Source of the DNA: the human T2T-CHM13v2.0 reference genome, Homo sapiens
Strand: one strand, 5' to 3'
Length of the DNA: 64,000 nt
NCBI RefSeq assembly: GCF_009914755.1
Contig: NC_060947.1
A model generated the notes under the pieces. The model searched no databases. It had not been told where the DNA came from and saw only the letters and a program-made list of their open reading frames with translations. Below are positions 38,901-53,504 of the stretch, piece by piece (within the stretch, counting starts at the first letter, position 1; each line of letters opens with the position of its first letter). The translations under genes and the position numbers were made by a program.

Positions 38901-40298
38901 TAGGGTAATACTGGCCTCATACAATGTATTTGGAAGTATGTTTTTTCCTCTATTTTTTGTAATAATTTGAGTAGGATTGGTATTAGTTCTTCTTTAAGTG
39001 TTTGGTAGAATTCAGCAGTGAAGCCATTGGATCCTGGGCATTTTTTTTACTAGAAGACTTTTTATTATGACTTTGCTTTCATTACTTGTTATTGGTCTGT
39101 TCAGGTTTTAGATTTCTTCCAGGTTCAATCTTGGTAGATTATACATGTCTAGGAATTTGTCCATTTCTTCAAGATTTTTCAATTTATTGTCATATAGTTG
39201 CTCATAATAGCCCACTAATGATCCTTTGAATTTCTGCATTATCAGTTGTAATGTCAACTTTTTCATCTCTTATTTTTTTCATTTGGATTTTTTTCTTTGT
39301 TAGTCTGGTTAAAGATTTGTCAATTTTGTTTAACTTTTCAAAAAACCAACTTTGTGTTACCCTAATCTTTTATATTGTTTTCTTCACCTCAATTTTGTTT
39401 ATTTCTGTTCTGATCTTGATTATTTCTATTCTTCTCCTAATTTGGGGTTTGGTTTGTTCTTGATTTTCTAGTTCTTTAAGATGCATCATTAGATTGTTTA
39501 TTTAAAGTTTTTCATCTTTTTAGATGTAGGCACTTACAGCTATAAACTTCCCTCTTACTACTGCTTTTGCTGAATCCCATAGGGCTTGGTATGTTTTGTT
39601 TTCATTATCATTTATTTCCAGAAAGTTCTCAATTTCTTTCTTCATTTTTTATGACCCACTGATTATTCAGAAGCATATTGTTTAATTTCCATGTGTTTCT
39701 ATTGTTTCCCAAATTCCTCTTGTTATTGATCTGTAGTTTTATTCCATTGCAGTCAGAGAAGATGCTTGATATTATCTCAGTTTTTTGAACATTTTAAGAC
39801 TTGTTTTGTGACTTAACATATGGTCTATTTTTGAGAATGATCTATGTGCTAAGGAAAAGAATGTGTATTCTGCAGCCATTGGATTAAGTGTTCTGTAAAT
39901 ATGTGTTAGGTCCATTTGGTCTATAGTGCAGATTAAGTCTGATGTCTCTGTTGATTTTATATCTGAAAGATGTATCCAATGCTGAAAGTGTGGTGTTAAA
40001 GTCTCCAGGTATTCTTACTTTGTGGTCTTCTCTTTGTTTTTTCTTTCTCTCTTGCCTTCCTTTTCATGGAGATAATTTTCTCTGTTGATATGGTTTAGTT
40101 TCTTGTTTTTCAATTTTTATGTATTCATTGTATGCTTTTTGGTTTTAGTTTACTGTAACATTGGCAAATACTATCTTATAACCCATTCGTTTAAGATGAT
40201 AACAATTTAATATTGGTTGTGTAAACAAGCAAGAATAAAACTAATAGACTGTATTCCTTAACTTCATACACCTACTTTTTAAGATCTTATTATTTCTA

Positions 40299-40653
<355 letters not shown>

Positions 40654-41511
40654 TTATTTTGTGATTAGTTCACCACTTAGTCTTTCTACTAAGATAACAG
40701 TAGTTTACACACCACAGTTATAGTGTTATACTATTCTGTGTTTTTCTGTGTACTTACTATTACCAGTGTGTTTTGTTTCATCGCATAATTTCTTATTGCT
40801 CATTAACATCCTTTTCTTTCTCATTGAATTACTCCCTTTAGCATTTCTTGTAGGACAGGTCTGGAGTTGATTAAATCCCTCAGCTTTGGTTTGTCTGGGA
40901 AAGGCTTTATTTCTCCTTCATGTTTGAAGTATATTTTCACCAGATATACTATTCTATGGTAAACTTTTTTTTTGTTTTGTTTTTGTTTGTTTTGTTTTTT
41001 TCATTCAACACATTAAATATGTCATGCTACTCTCTCCTGATCTATGAGGTTTCCACTGAAAAGTCTGCTACCAGACATATTGAAACTCTATTGTATGTTG
41101 TTTCTTTTCTCTTGCTGCTTTTAGAATCCTTTCTTTATTCTTGACCTTTGGGAGTTTTCTTATTAAATGTCTTGAGGTAGTCTACTCTGGCTTAAATATG
41201 CTTGGTGTTTTATATTAATAACTTTCTCGTACTTGAATATTAATATCTTTCTCCAGGTTTGGAAAGCTCTTTGTTACTATCCCTTTGAGTAAACTTTCTA
41301 CCCACATCTCTTTCTCTACCTCCTCTTTAAGGCCAATAACTCATAGACTTGCCCTTTTTAGGCTATTTTCCAGATCCCGTAGGTGTACCTCATTATTATT
41401 AATTGTTTTTTATCTTGTCTTCTCTGACTGTATTTTAAAATAGCCTGTATTCAAGCTCATTAATTTCTTCTTCTGCATGATCAATTCTGCCATTAAAAGA
41501 CTGATGCATTC

Positions 41512-41657
41512 TTTTTTTTTCTTTTTTATTATACTTTAAGTTCTAGGGTACATGTGCACAACGTGCAGGTTTGTTACATATGTATACATGTGCCGTGTTG
41601 GTTTGCTGCACCCATTAACTCGTCATTTACGTTAGGTATTTCTCCTAATGCTATCCC
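41512..41657 (-). mobile_element. Very short (~145 bp) L1PA5-like 3' end
   Basis: ttattatactttaagttctagggtacatgtgcacaacgtgcagg...; the host ORF1 resumes after ttcttt. Confidence 0.92.
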
Positions 41658-43257
41658 TTCTTTACTATGTCAGTTGAATTTTTTAGCTCCAGAATTTCCA
41701 CTTGATTCTTTCTAATTATTTTAATCTATTTGTTAAATTTATCTGAAAGAATTCAGAATTCTTTGTCTATGTTATGTTGAATTTTTTTTCTCAGTAAGGC
41801 TATTTTGAATTCTGTGCTTGAAAGGTCACTTATCTCTGTTTCTCCAAAATTGGTCCCCGGTACCTTATTTAGTTCTTTTGGTGAGGTCATGTTTTCCTGG
41901 ATGCTGTTGATGCTTGTCAATGTCCTTTATTGTCTGGACATTGAAAAGTTAGGTATTTATTGTGGTCTTCTCAGTCTAGGCTTTTTTGTACCCATTATTC
42001 TTGGGAAAGCTTTCCAGATAGTCAAAAAGACCTGAGTGTCGTGATCTAAGCTGTATTTTCTTTAGGGGGCACCCAAGTCCAGTAACATTGTAGTTCTTGC
42101 CTACTCATAGAGGTATTCCCTTGATGATCTTGGACAAGATCTGAAAGAATTCTCTAGATTGCCAGGCAAAAGCTCTCATTATCTTCCCTTACTTTCTCCC
42201 AAAAAAATGAAATGTCTTTTCTTCTGTTATGAGCCACGTGGAGCTGGGTATGGTATGACACAAGCATCCCTGTGGCCATCAGCACTAGGACTGTGCTGGG
42301 TCAAACCTGATGCCTGCACAGTACTGGGTGTCACCCAAGGCCTGCTGAAACCTCTCCCTTGCTTTGACCTATGTTTGTTCAAGGCCCTGTGACTCTACAG
42401 TCAGTCAGTGGCAAATCCATCCAGGCCTGTGTGTTTCCTACAGGGCGGCAAGTTACCCCAGTTCCAGGTGTGTCCAGAGGTGCTCTCTGGAAGCCAGGGT
42501 CTAGAGTCAAAAACGGTAGAAGTGTACCTGGTGTTCTTTTGTACTGTTGCTGATCTGGCACTCAAATAACAAGACGCTTTCCTTTCCACTCTTTTCTTTC
42601 CTTACCAAAGGCAAATGAGCCTCACCCAATGGCTATAGCCACCACAGCCTCATGAGGAGGGCCAGACTACCACTGATGTTCCTTTAAGGCCCAAGGGCTT
42701 TTAAGGGAGCTTGTGGTGAATGCTGCCTGGCCAGGGCCTCACCCTTTAAGGCAGTAGGCTCTCCTCTGGCATGGGGCAGCTCCAGAAATGCCATTCAAGG
42801 CTCAAGTTCTAGAATCATGGACCCCAAGAGGCTGGTTGGCATTCTACCCTCCTGTGGCTGAACTGTTACCTAAGATGGACAAGTCCCCTTTGGTTTTTTT
42901 CTCCACTTCTTACAAGTGGAAGGAGTCTCGCCCCACAGACACCACAACTAGGAATGTGCTGAGTCTCACCTGAACCCGGCAAGTCTGAGGGTCTCACCCA
43001 AGACCCTCAATGTAGTACATGTAGTACCTGGGTATCACTGCTTTTCTTTCAGGGCCCAAGGGCTCTTCAATTAGCAGGTAATGAATGCTGACAGGACTGA
43101 ATCAGCAAGTTCTCTTTTGGCCCAGGGTGTGTCTAGAAATGTCATAGGTGAAGTAGGTCTTGGAAAGGGGGCTTCATGACTCTGACATGTGCCCTAGTCT
43201 GCTGTGGCTGAGGTGGTATCCAAAAGGCCAGAAAACGTTTTCCCCAACTCTTCCCTC

Positions 43258-43287
43258 TCATCTCCTCTCCTCTCCTCTCCTCTCCTC
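43258..43287. repeat. (CTCTC)n microsatellite in an L1 5'UTR
   Basis: tctcctctcctctcctctcctctcctc. Confidence 0.85.
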
Positions 43288-45809
43288 AAGTAGTGGAAAA
43301 TGGTCTCTTTTGGAGCCATGAGCTTTGCAGTGTGGGATTAGGGGAGGGATGATGCCAGTACTCCCTTATTCACTGCAGACAATCCCTCCCCCAGGACACT
43401 GTCTCTGGGTCAAGTTCAGCACAAGGGCTCACCTAAGATTTTCAGTCCTTGCTGCCTAGACTGCCTTTCAAGTATATTTAATGCCCCAGAGCAATTTAGT
43501 CTGTGGTGGCAGTCTTGCCTGAGCTCAATTTTGTATGTTTTTTGGTTTGAAGTCACCATGAGGTTGGCAAATACTATCTTCTAACCTTTTATTTTATGCT
43601 GATAACAATTTACCACTGTTTGCAAAAACAAACAAGCAAACAAGCAAAGCAAAAATTTAAAAAAGACTGTACCTTAACTTCATCCGCCCTCTTTTTAACT
43701 TTTTGTTGTTTCTATTTATGTTTTATTGTACTGTCTAAGTCTTGAAAAGTTGTTGTAGTTATTAGTTTTGATTGGTTCATTATTTAGTCTTTCTACTTAA
43801 GATAACACTATTTTACATACCACAGTGTGCAAACTATTCCAGTGTTATACTATTCTGTGTTTTTCTCTGTACTTACTATTACCAGTGAGTTTTGTACCTT
43901 CAGATGATATCTTATTGATCACTAATGTCCTTTTCTTTCTGATTGAAGAACTTCCTTTAGCATTTTTCATAGAATAGGGTTGGTGTTAATGAAATCTCTC
44001 AGTTTTTATTTGTCCATTAAAGGTTTTAATTCTTCTTCATGTTTGAAGGGTATTTTCACTGGACAAACTGTTCTAGAACAAACATTTTTTCCTTCAGAAC
44101 TTTAAATATGTCTTGCTGCTCTCTCATGGTCTCTAAGGTTTCCACTGACAAGTCTGCTGCCAGAGATATTAAGGACCCATTGCATGTTATTTGTTTCTTT
44201 TCTCTTGCTGCTTTTAGAATCCTTTCTTTATCTGTGACCTTTGGGAGTTTGCTTATTAAATGTCTAGAGGTAATCTTTGGCTTAAATCTGCTTGGTGTTC
44301 CATAACCTTCTTGTACTTAAATATTGATATCTTTCTCTAGGTTGGGGAATTTCTCTGTTATTATCCCGTGAGTAATCTTTCTACCCCATCTCTTTCTCTA
44401 CCTCCTCTTTAAGACCAATAACTGTTAGATTCGTCATTTGCTTCCTGTCTGATTTTTTAAAGTTATTTTATCTCTTTGTTAAATTTTCTGATTAGATTTT
44501 GAATTCCTTCTCTGTGTTATCTTGAATTTCTTTGTTTCCTCAAAACAGCTATTTTGAATTATCTGTCTGAAAGGTTACATATATCTGTCACTCCACCCTT
44601 GGTCCCTGGTGGTTGATGTAGTTCACTTGATGAGGTCTTGTATTCCTGGATGATCTTGATGTTTGTGGATATTCGTCTGTGTCTGAGCACTGAAGAATTA
44701 GGAATTTACTGTAGTCTTCACAGTTTGGGCTAGTTGTACTCATCTTTCTTGGGAAGGCTTTTCAGGCATTCAAAAATAATTAAGTGTTGTGATCTAAGTC
44801 TTTGGTCACTGCATCTGTATGTGTATTGCATCTGTGTGGGTATTGGGGAGCTCCCCAAGGTCACTAAAGCTGTAACCCTTGCAGACTTGTAGAGGTAATG
44901 CCTTAATGTCTTCACTAAAACCCAAGAGTTTTCCTTGAATTAACAGGGAGATACTCTTGTTCTCTTTCCACACTTTTCCACAAACAAATGGAGTATCACC
45001 GTGCTGAGCTTCCTGGAGGTGCAGAGGGGTGCCACAAGCACTCTCGTGGCTATGAACACTGAGGATGCACTGGGCCAGATCTGAAGCCAGCAAAGAACTC
45101 GTTCTTGCCTAAGGCCTGCGACAACCACTGCCTGCCTGGCTACTACCAATGTTCAGTCAAGGCCCAAGGGCCCTTCAGTTGGCAAGTGGTGAGTCCAGCA
45201 AGGCTTGTGTCCTTTTCTTCAGGGTAGTGAGTTCCTCCTCAATTCCAGCCCAGGGCTGGTCCAGAAATGCCCCCAGAATCCAGGGCCTACAGATGGGAAC
45301 CTGCTTGGTGCTCTATCCTACTGTGGCTGAGCTAGCACCCAAGCTGCAATACAAAGTTTGTCCCACTCTTCCGTCTCCTTTCCTCAAGCAGAAGAAGTCT
45401 ATCCTCATGGCCATTACTTCCCCAGGCCCACAGAAATCACTTCCTGGCTACTGCCAATGTTTACTCAAGGCCCAAGACATCTTCAGTCAGCTCATGCTGA
45501 ATGCTTCCAGGCCTGGGTCTCTTCAGGGCAGTGGACTCTCTTCTGTCCCAGGGAGGGTCCAGAGATGCCATCCAGGAGCCAAGGTCTAGAATCTGGGACC
45601 CCAGGAGCCTATTCAGTGCTCTATTTCACTGTAGAAGAACTGATAACCAAGTTGCAAGACAATGTCCCATTCATTTTCCTTCTCCTTTCCGCATGCAGGA
45701 GTCTCTCCCTGTAGCCACTGCAGTTGGGAATGCACTGCGTCACACCTGAAGCTAACACAGCACTGGATCTTACCCAGGGTCCATGGTGATTACTGCCTGG
45801 CTACAGCTA

Positions 45810-48800
45810 CTTTTCTTAACTTTTATTTTAGGTTCAGGGCTACACGTACAGATTTGTTGTGTAGGGAAATTTATGTCATGGGAGTTTGGTGTACAGATTG
45901 TTTTGTCTCCCAGGTACTAAGCAAAGTACCCAATAGGTATTTTTCCTTTTCCTCTCCCTCTTCCTACACTACGCTCTGAAGGAGGCACCAGTGTATGTAG
46001 TTCCCCTCTTTGTGTTCATGTGTTCCCATTTATAAATGAGAACATGTGGTATTTGGTTTTCTGTTCCTGGGTTAGTTTGCTAAGAATAATGGCATCTAGC
46101 TCCATCAATGTTGCTACAAAGGACGTGATCTCATTTTCTTATATGGCTGCATAGTATTCCATGATGTATGTTTACCACATTTCTTTATCCAGTCTATCAT
46201 TGATAGGCATTTAGGTTAATTCCATGTCTTTGTTATTGTGAATAGTGCTGCAGTGAACATATGCATGCATGTGTGTTTATAACAGAATGAATTCTATTCC
46301 TTTGAGTATATACCCAATAATGGTATTGCTGGATCAAATGGTATTTCTGCTGTTAGCTCTTTGAGGAATCGCCATATTGCCTTCCACAATGGTTGAACTA
46401 ATTTACACTCTTACCAACAGTGTATAAACGTTCCTTTTCCCTGCAACCTTGCCAGTATCTGTTATTTTTTGACTTTTAATAATACCGATTCTGACTGGTG
46501 TGAAATGGTGTCTCATTGTAGTTTTGATTTACATTTCTCTAATAATTAGTGATGTTGAACATTTTTTCATATGTTTCTTGGCCACATGTATGTCTTCTTT
46601 TGAAAACTATCTGTCCTTTACCCACATTTTAATGGGGTTCTTTTTAATTTCTCATAAATTTGTTTAAGTTCCTTGTAGATTTTGGATATTAGACCTTTAT
46701 TGGATGCAGCATGCAAATATTTTCTACCATCCTGTAGGTTGTTTGTTTATTCTGTTGATAGTTTATTTGTGCAGACGCTCTTTAATTAGATCCCATTTGT
46801 CAATTTTTGCTTTTGTTGCAATTGCTTTTGGTGTCTTCTTCATGAAAATTTTGCCCATGCCTATGTCCTGAATGGTGTTGCCTAGGTTATTTTCCAGGTA
46901 TTTTATAGTTTTGGGTTTTATATTTAAGTCCTTAATCCATCTTGAGTTGTTTTTTGTATATGGTGTAAGGAAGGGGTTCCATTTCAGTCTTCTGCATATC
47001 CCAGGTATCCCAGCACCATTTATTAAAGAGGGCGTCCTTTTCCCATTGCTTGTTTTTGTCAGCTTTGTCAAAGATCAGATGGTTGTAGGTGTGCGACTTT
47101 ATTTCTCAAATCCCCATTCTGTTCCATTATTCTATGTGTTCTGTTTTTGTACCAGTACCATGCTGTTTTGGTTACTCTAGCCTGTAGTATAGTTTGAAGA
47201 CAGATAATGTGATGCCTACAGTGCTGTTCTTGTTGCTTAGGATTGCCTTGGCCATTTGGGCTGTTTTTTTGTTGTTGTTTATTCATATGAATTTTAGAAT
47301 AGTTTTTTCAAGTCTGTGAAGAATGTCATTGGTGGTTTGACAGGAATAATATTAATTCTGTAAGTTGCTTTGGCCATTATGGCCATTTTAACAATATTGA
47401 TTCTTCCTACTCATGAACCTAGAATGTTCTTCCATTAGTTGTGTCATTTCTGATTTCTTCGAGCAGTGTTTTGTAATTCTCACTGTAGAGATCTCTCACC
47501 TCCCTGGTTAGCTGTATTCCAAGGTATTTTATTCTTTTTGTGGCAATTATAAATGGGGTTGCATTCCTGATTTTGATTTCATCTTGGATGTTGCTGGTAC
47601 ATAGGAATGCTACTTTTTATACATTAATTTTATTCCCTGAAATTTTACTCAAGTTGTTTATCAGTTCAAGGAGCTTTTGGGCAGAGATGATGGGGTTTTC
47701 TAGTTATAGAATCATGTCATCTACATACAGAGATAGTTTGACTTCTTCTCTTCCTGTTTGGATGCTTTTTATTTCTTTTTGTTTCCTAATTGCTCTGGCC
47801 AGGACATTCCACAGTATGCTGAATAGGAGTGGTGAAAGAGGGTATCCTTATCTTGTACGATTTTTCAATTGGAATACTTCCAGCTTTTGCTCATTCAATA
47901 TGATTTTGGCTGTGGGTTTGTCATAGGTAGCTCTTATTATTTTGAGGTATGTTCCTTCAATGCCTAGTTTATTGAGGGTTTTTGGCATGAAACAATGTTG
48001 AATTTTATCAAAAGTCTTTTCTGCATCTATTGAGATAATCATATGGCTTTTGTCTTTAGGATTCCTTACATGCTGAATCACATTTATTGATCTGCATATC
48101 TTGAACCAAACCTGCATCCCAGGGATAAGCCTACTTGATCAGGGCAAATTAGCTTTTTGATCTGCTTCTGGATTTGGTTTGCTAGTGTTTTGCTGAGAAT
48201 TTTTACATCAATGTTCATCAAGAATATTGGCCTGAAATTTTCTTTCTTTGTTGTGTCTCTGTCAGGTTTTGGTATTGGGATAATGCTGGCCTCATAGAAT
48301 GAGTTGGGAAGAATTCCCTCTTTCTCAGTTTTTTGGAATAGTTTCAGTAGGAAATGTACTAGCTCTTCTTCATTCATTTGGTAGAATTCAGCTGTGAATG
48401 TATTTGGTCGGGGGCTCTTTTGGGTTAATATGCATTTTATTATTGATTCATTTTTGCAGCTCATTATTGCTCTATTCAGGGATTCAATTTCTTTCTGTTT
48501 CAGTTATGGGAGGTTGTGTGTGTTTAGCAATTCATCCATTTCTTCTAGATTTTCTAGTTTGTGTGCATAGCAGTGTTCATAGTAGTCTCTGATGGTGTTT
48601 CGTATTTCTGTGGGGTCATTGGTGATGTCCTCTTTGTCATTTCTGAATGTGTTTATTTGGATCATCTTTCTTTTTTATTAGTCTAGTTAGTGGTCTATCT
48701 TATTAATTTTTTTCAAACAGAAATATCCTGGATTTATTTATCTTTTGCATGGTTTTTATTATCTCAAGCTCCTTCAGTTTAGCTCTGATTTTGGTTGTTT

Positions 48801-51800
48801 TTTGTCTTCTACTAGATTTGGGGTTAGTTTGTCCTTGCTTCTGTAGTTCTTCTAGCTGTGATGTTGGGTTATTAATTTGAGATCTTTCTGAATTTTTGCA
48901 TATGGGTTTAGTACTGTAAATTTCCCTCTTAACACTGCCTAAACTCTGTCCATAAAATTCTGGAATGTTGTATCTTCATTCTCTTTACTTTCAAAGAATT
49001 ACTTGATTTCTGCTTTAATTTCATTATTTACTCAAAAGTCATTCAGAAGCAGATTATTTGATTTCCATGTAATTGTATGGTTCTGAGTGATTTTCTTACT
49101 ATTAACTTCTATTATTGTTATGCTGTGGTCCAAGAGCGTGGTTGGTATGATTTCAGTTTTTTTTTTTTTTTTTTTTGCATTTTCTAAGGATTATTTTATG
49201 TCCAATTATGTGGTTGATTTTAGAGTATGTACCACATGCAGATGAGAAGAATGCATATTCTGTGTTTTTGTGTAGAGAGTTCTATAGATGTCTATTATGT
49301 CTATTTGGTGAAGTATTGAGTTCAGGTTCAGGTCCTGAATATATTTGTTTAGTTTTCTGCCCTGATGATCTGTCTAATATTGTCAGTGGGATTTTGAAGT
49401 CTCCCACTATTATTGTGTGAAAATCTAAGTGTCTTCATAGGTCTCTAAGAAGTTGCTTTAACGAACCTTGGTACTCCTTTCTTGGGTGCACATGTATTTA
49501 GGATAGCTAGATCTTCTTGCTGAATCAAACCCTTTACCACTATATAATGCCCTTCTTTGTCTTTTCTGATCTTTGTTGGTTGAAAATATGTTTTGTCTGA
49601 AATTAGGATTGCAACCCCTGCTTTTCTCTGTTTTCTGTTTGCTTGATAGATTTTTCTCCATCCATTTATTTTGAACCTATAGATGCCATTGCATGTGAGA
49701 TGGGTGGGTATCATGAAAATGGCATACCACTGGGTCTCGCTTCTTTATCCAGCTTGTCACTCTGTGCCTTGTAGTTGGGGCAATTAGCCCATTTACATTC
49801 GAGGTTAATATTGATATGCGTGGATTTGATCTTGTCATTATGTTCTTAGCTGGTAATTATGCAGACTTGTTTCTGTGGTTGCTTTATAGTGTCAATGGTC
49901 TACGTACTTAAGTTTTGTTTGTTCTTTTTTCTTGGTTTTTGTCTGACTTTTATTTCAGAGAACCAGCCTTTGAGCTCTGATATTCTTTTCTCAGTTTGGT
50001 CTAGTCTGCTATTAATACTTGTGGTTGCTTTATGAAATTCTTATAGTGTGTTTTTCAGCTCTATCAGATCAGTTTAGTTCTGTTTTATTTTGGAGATTTC
50101 ATCTATCAGCTCTGGTATTATTTTATTGTGGTTCTTAGATTCCTTGGATTGGATTTGATGTTCTCCTGAATCTCTATGATCATCATTCCTATTCATATTC
50201 TGTATTTTATGTTTATCATTTCACTTATTTTAGCCTGGTTAAGAACCCTTGCTGGGCAACTGCTGCATTCATTTCAGTGAAAGAAGATACTCTGGCCTTT
50301 TTTGTTGCCAGCATTCTTGCACTGGTTCTTTCTTATCTGTTGATTTCTGTTTCTTTAACTGCAGTGTAAATTGAGTGTAGACAGTAGACTTATTTTCTGG
50401 ATGTTTTCACAGGACCAAGGCTTTGTGCAGGGTCTTTATATGTAGTTGAATTCTTGTCCTTGGTTTTTCAGTGGGACATATTAGCAAAAATATTTTTGGT
50501 GTTGAAGTTTTGATGATCCAGTAGGTGGCACTTACGGGTAATGTCCAGTAGGTGGTCTCTTGCTCAGTCATGTGGCTCCTCTGTATTTCCTCACAATTGC
50601 AGCTATGCTACCTCTGAGTGCTCTGAAAATGTTGGCTCCTCTTTCACTCCAGTGCTGGTTGCAGATCTTGGCTTGGCACTCCCGGGCAATCTCAGGCTTT
50701 ATGTTTCTTCCCAGTTTGGAGGCAGTAGAGGACGAGACCTTAGCAGTGGTTGTGGCAGAGAGTCTTTCAGTTGTTTCTTGGGGTTCCACCCTAGAGATAT
50801 ACAGAGCTACTATTAATCAGCGTGATCAGCCCAGGATGGGGCAGCTGTGCTCTGGGCCCAAGACAGAGGGGCCCTGCCTGGTGACAAATGGGGTGCAGGG
50901 TGAGTGGGACACTGGGGAGATGGACTGGCCTGCTCTCCTTAGGATGACTACAGCTTGTTGGAGGTGTGGGTAGAGCACTCATGGTTTTTGCTCATTCTCC
51001 AGTCTGAGATCAGCAAGGGTAGTACCATTGCAGTGGCAGTGGCAGAGGGGCTTTTGGTTGCCTCTGGGAGCTCCACCTTTGAGAAACATGGAGCCACTCC
51101 TACTGGGAATGTTCAGCCAGTGGGCGGGACAGCTGTACTGGTGGCCTGAGCTGGGGACTCCCCTAGTTGGGGAGTGGGGTTTCAAAGATTCACAGTGAAG
51201 AGAGACTGGTTCACTTCTGTATGGTGGCTGTGGTGTGCTATAAGCCTAGGTGAAGCCCTCAAGATCTTTGTTTCTTCCCCAGACCAGGGCACCAGGGGTA
51301 GAACCACTGCTGTGGCAGTGGCAGAAGGGCTGTTGGTTCCCTCTGGGAGCCCCTCCCCAGGGAAATTCAGAGACACTACCAGTGGATATGCTCAGCCATT
51401 GGTGGGGTGGCTGATCTGCAGTCCTGAGCTAGGGGCCCTCCCTGGTGAAGAGTGGGGGTTGGGAACTCCCAGGGAAGAGAGACTGGACTCTTTTCCATAT
51501 AGTGGCTGCCATGTCCTGGAGGTGCCAGCATAGCGGGTAGGTCCTTTGCTCCTTCCCTATTCTGTGGGCAGTTAGGGCAGTACCACTGTAGTTGCAATGG
51601 AGAAGGGGTTGTGGGTTGACTCTGGGATTTCCTCAGATAAATGCAGTGCTGCCTCTGACTGAAGTGTTCAGGTTGGGGCAGGGTAGTTGTGCTGGAGTCA
51701 GGAGGCGTCACTCAGTGAGGAAAAAATGTAAATGGGGACCGATTTAAAAAACAGTCTGGCAGCTTTTCTGTGGGATGGCTGCACTGTGCTGGGGTTCTGT

Positions 51801-52280
51801 ACCATGCTCAGCCTCCTGGATTTGGTTCCTTTCCTGGGGACATGTGAGGGAGCATAACCACTCTCTTTGCCAGAGCTGCAGCCACTAATGCTAGGATGCC
51901 CAGGGATCCAAGGCTCCTGGGGCTCTGTGTGTGCTTGAGTGGTGGCTCTTCTCAGACTACATGTAGCTCTCCACATCAGTCTGAAAGTCCCACAAGGGGA
52001 TCTCCTGAGCCCAAGATTGCAAAGATCCATAGAAAAAGTGTGGATCCCCAAGGTCTCTCACTCACTCAGTTTCCCTGTGGTGAGGAAGCCTCTCCTGGCT
52101 TCATGTGACTCCCGGGTGGGTGGTTGTCCTGTGTTGCTCCTCTCTGTTCTCCATGGGCCACGTTTTTTCCTTGATGAATCCCTGCATGATGTTTCAGTTG
52201 AAGATGTAGTATTTATTCACCAATTTTTCTCCTCTCTGTAAGAGTGGCATACACTAGCTGCTTCTAGTCAGTCATCTTGA
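45810..52280 (-). mobile_element. L1PA15/16-like element with both ends; most of ORF1 deleted
   Basis: 3' end ttaacttttattttaggttcagg. ORF2 fragments ([23 protein letters not shown]), ORF2 ATG at 49838, jump at ~49915. Long repetitive 5'UTR; 5' end ctagctgcttctagtcagtcatcttg. Confidence 0.9.
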
Positions 52281-52445
52281 CAGTTTTCTTGATGTTTACT
52301 CAGTGTCCAAACATTCTTTAGTCAGCACTTGTTGAATTCTGCCAGGACTGGGTCCTTTCCTTCAAGGCAGTGGATTCCCGTGTCTAGAAATGTTGTCTGA
52401 GGGCTAGGGCATCAGGACTCTGCATGGTGCTCTGTTTTACTGTGA

Positions 52446-52783
<338 letters not shown>

Positions 52784-53504
52784 AACAAAGTCCTCTTTAC
52801 TCTTGTTTCTCCCCTCCTCAAGCATAAAGAAGGAGTCTGTCCTGGAGCTGTGAGCTGGGCTGCCTGGGTTTGGGGGACGGGTGATGCAAGCACTCCCGTG
52901 GCCACTCCCACTGGTACCTCACTATGTCACATACACACCAAGTCTGCTGGCTACAAGTCCAGCACAGCACCAGGACCTCCCTAGGAACTGCACTCCTTGC
53001 GTCCTAGACTACCTTTTGAGTTATTTTTGGACCCCAAAGCACTTTAGCCTGTGGTGGTGGGACTAGCCAGACCTCAGGTTCTGCCTGCTGTAATGGACAA
53101 TTCCCCTCTGGCTAGGGCAAGTTGAAATGTTCCGCCGTAGGTGCCGGTTGAATTCTGCCCAGTGTTGCTTTCTGCTATGACAGGACAACACAGAGTTGCA
53201 ATGCAGAGTTCCACAATCACTGTGCTTTTCTTCCCTCAAGCACACAGATTTTCTCTCTGCACCACCTGGCAGCTGCTGGGGGATGGGGAAGGGGTGGTAC
53301 AGGCAATTCAGACTATCTTTCCTCCCTTGTTTAGTGTCTCTTTCCTTGATGTGATGTTAAAACCAAGTATTGTAATTACTCACTTGATTTTTGGTTCTTT
53401 TAAAGGCACTTTCTTGTGCAGATAGTTGTTCAATTTGGTGTTCCTACGGGGAGGAAGATCACTGGTGGTTTCTATTAAAACATGTTTTTCTGCCTCTTCC
53501 CCAT

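Noticed and set aside
45149-52241. Cluster of 100-146 aa ORFs (e.g. 45149-45589, 47540-47926, 50560-50973, 51174-51533)
   Set aside because: All lie within L1 5'UTRs, or within or antisense to L1 ORF2; these are repeat-derived open frames, not genes.
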